Of a stretch of 64,000 bases of DNA, positions 62,882 to 64,000 are shown in pieces. The stretch comes from Lytechinus pictus. Lineage: Eukaryota. The notes beneath the pieces are model-generated. The model made no database searches. It saw only the letters and a program-made list of their open reading frames with translations, and was not told the origin of the DNA. The stretch's first letter is position 1. Each line of letters begins with the position of its first letter. A program made the position numbers and the translations under genes. The stretch is from contig NC_087252.1 of the NCBI RefSeq assembly GCF_037042905.1, positions 3,102,001-3,166,000 on the forward strand. The letters run 5' to 3'.

Positions 62882-64000
62882 AGCTGTGGTCACATCCCGT
62901 CGTACTTGCACGTGCGCGCAGTCTACGTGCGAAAACGTGGGCAAAAATGGGGAAATTCGTACGTCACGCACGTGGTGAGTACCGACTCGGTACGGATTTG
63001 GCAGTGCGCAGACACGACGCAGAACTTTTAGTGCAGGAGGAACTTTCGCTGCGTGCAGGCTACGTTCGAGCTACGGATTTGCCCCACGTGCGCGCACGCA
63101 CGCCCTCGGTACTGCCAAAGTACGCACAACGCACCGACTCCGTGAGACTTTTTAGATATTCGCCGCGGCCACTTCCTGTACCGAAGGTGCACTTAGCAAG
63201 TGCGCGTTGCCGCACGGATAATTGCGTGGCCCGTGCTTACTCGGCACTTTCCCAATCTAATTATTCAAATGAACGTGAAGAACTCACGTGCTCGTGCGGA
63301 GTAAGCATGTGATCAGCACTTACAACGCACGTTGTGCTAAAATATAAACAAGAAAACACAAAGTCATATTCTATTACCATGTTCCACATAATGACCTTAT
63401 TCTTATTTATTCACACACTATATAATACATGAATTTCATGAACTATGTCCAAAATTTATTATCATGAGTGCTTGAAGAGGTTGTAGAATGTAAAAAATGA
63501 AATCGAATCGTGTATCATGAGTTCAAACAAAGACAGTGGGAAACTGTATTAGTCCGCCAAATAAAATAAAAACAAGAATGAAAAAAAATGATTTTTCATA
63601 GATTTCTATGAAATGAAATAATGCTTATTACGAGTTCCTGCGTTCACACAACGAGATCCTGCCATGGTATTCGTCCGCGCGGGGAACTGTAATAGTTCGC
63701 GAAGTAGTTCCTTAGGGGTTTTCCTTCCCTCACGGCCCGTTGGCCGACCATCTGGTCGGGTTCGGTCATCTGTACATCATTCCTCCAGGCCCCGGGGATT
63801 ACCTTGCCATCCGCATCCTCACGATCCACATTCACGTCAGTTTGTCCGGGCCGGTGCTTTCGAAGCAAATTGTGAAGGATGATACAACCCAACAGGACGC
63901 AAATTCCGTTGTTAGGCTCCATCTGCAAGGTAGTCAAGAGACATCGCCATCGATGAGCCAATATCCCGAAACCGTACGACACGACGAGCCCGAGAGGTCC
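62882..64000 (-). mobile_element. PIF/Harbinger transposon, one end plus transposase C-terminus (continues beyond the window)
   Basis: tta|AGCTGTGGTCACA terminus, GC-rich subterminal region 62882-63330, and the transposase fragment below. Confidence 0.8.
63644..64000 (-). pseudogene. Harbinger (HARBI1-type) DDE transposase C-terminal fragment, frameshifted
   Basis: SRARRVV / GFGILAHRWRCL...CIILHNLL...IPWQ. The expected catalytic Glu (VEN) is removed by a small frameshifting deletion near 63975. Confidence 0.85.

Noticed and set aside
62848..63312. 154-aa ORF as a gene
   Set aside because: It lies in the GC-rich subterminal region of the Harbinger element, is low-complexity (R/A-rich) and has no recognisable motif.

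Overview
AT-rich, repeat-dense animal genomic DNA (spliceosomal introns, microsatellites, SINEs, MITEs). The repeat types and the Gmr1-like element suggest a marine invertebrate deuterostome, probably a sea urchin (inference, not verified). The main host content is a tandem segmental duplication (copy A ~21143-39085, copy B ~42268-58550) of a minus-strand immunoglobulin-superfamily receptor gene. I reconstructed its exons by hand: signal peptide, V-like Ig, C2-like Ig, transmembrane segment, and a cytoplasmic tail with YVN, YMEM and a C-terminal TTYL motif. Copy A has lost its TM exon and copy B has possible lesions. An orphan UDP-glucuronosyltransferase first exon lies between the copies. Because the copies are paralogous, many insertions can be checked against empty sites. 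These include three large TAG...CTA elements with 3-bp target duplications (one with an apparent excision footprint), nested hAT-, Transib-, Kolobok-, CACTA- and Tc1-like MITEs, and a foldback element. Also present: two decayed Gypsy elements (one with an LADD RT motif, one with Gmr1-type INT-RT-RH order), a Harbinger remnant, tRNA-derived SINEs, a 7SL/Alu-like fragment, and a repeated cassette carrying a fully foldable tRNA-like gene with a UCA anticodon. All alignments were done by eye and no database search was run.
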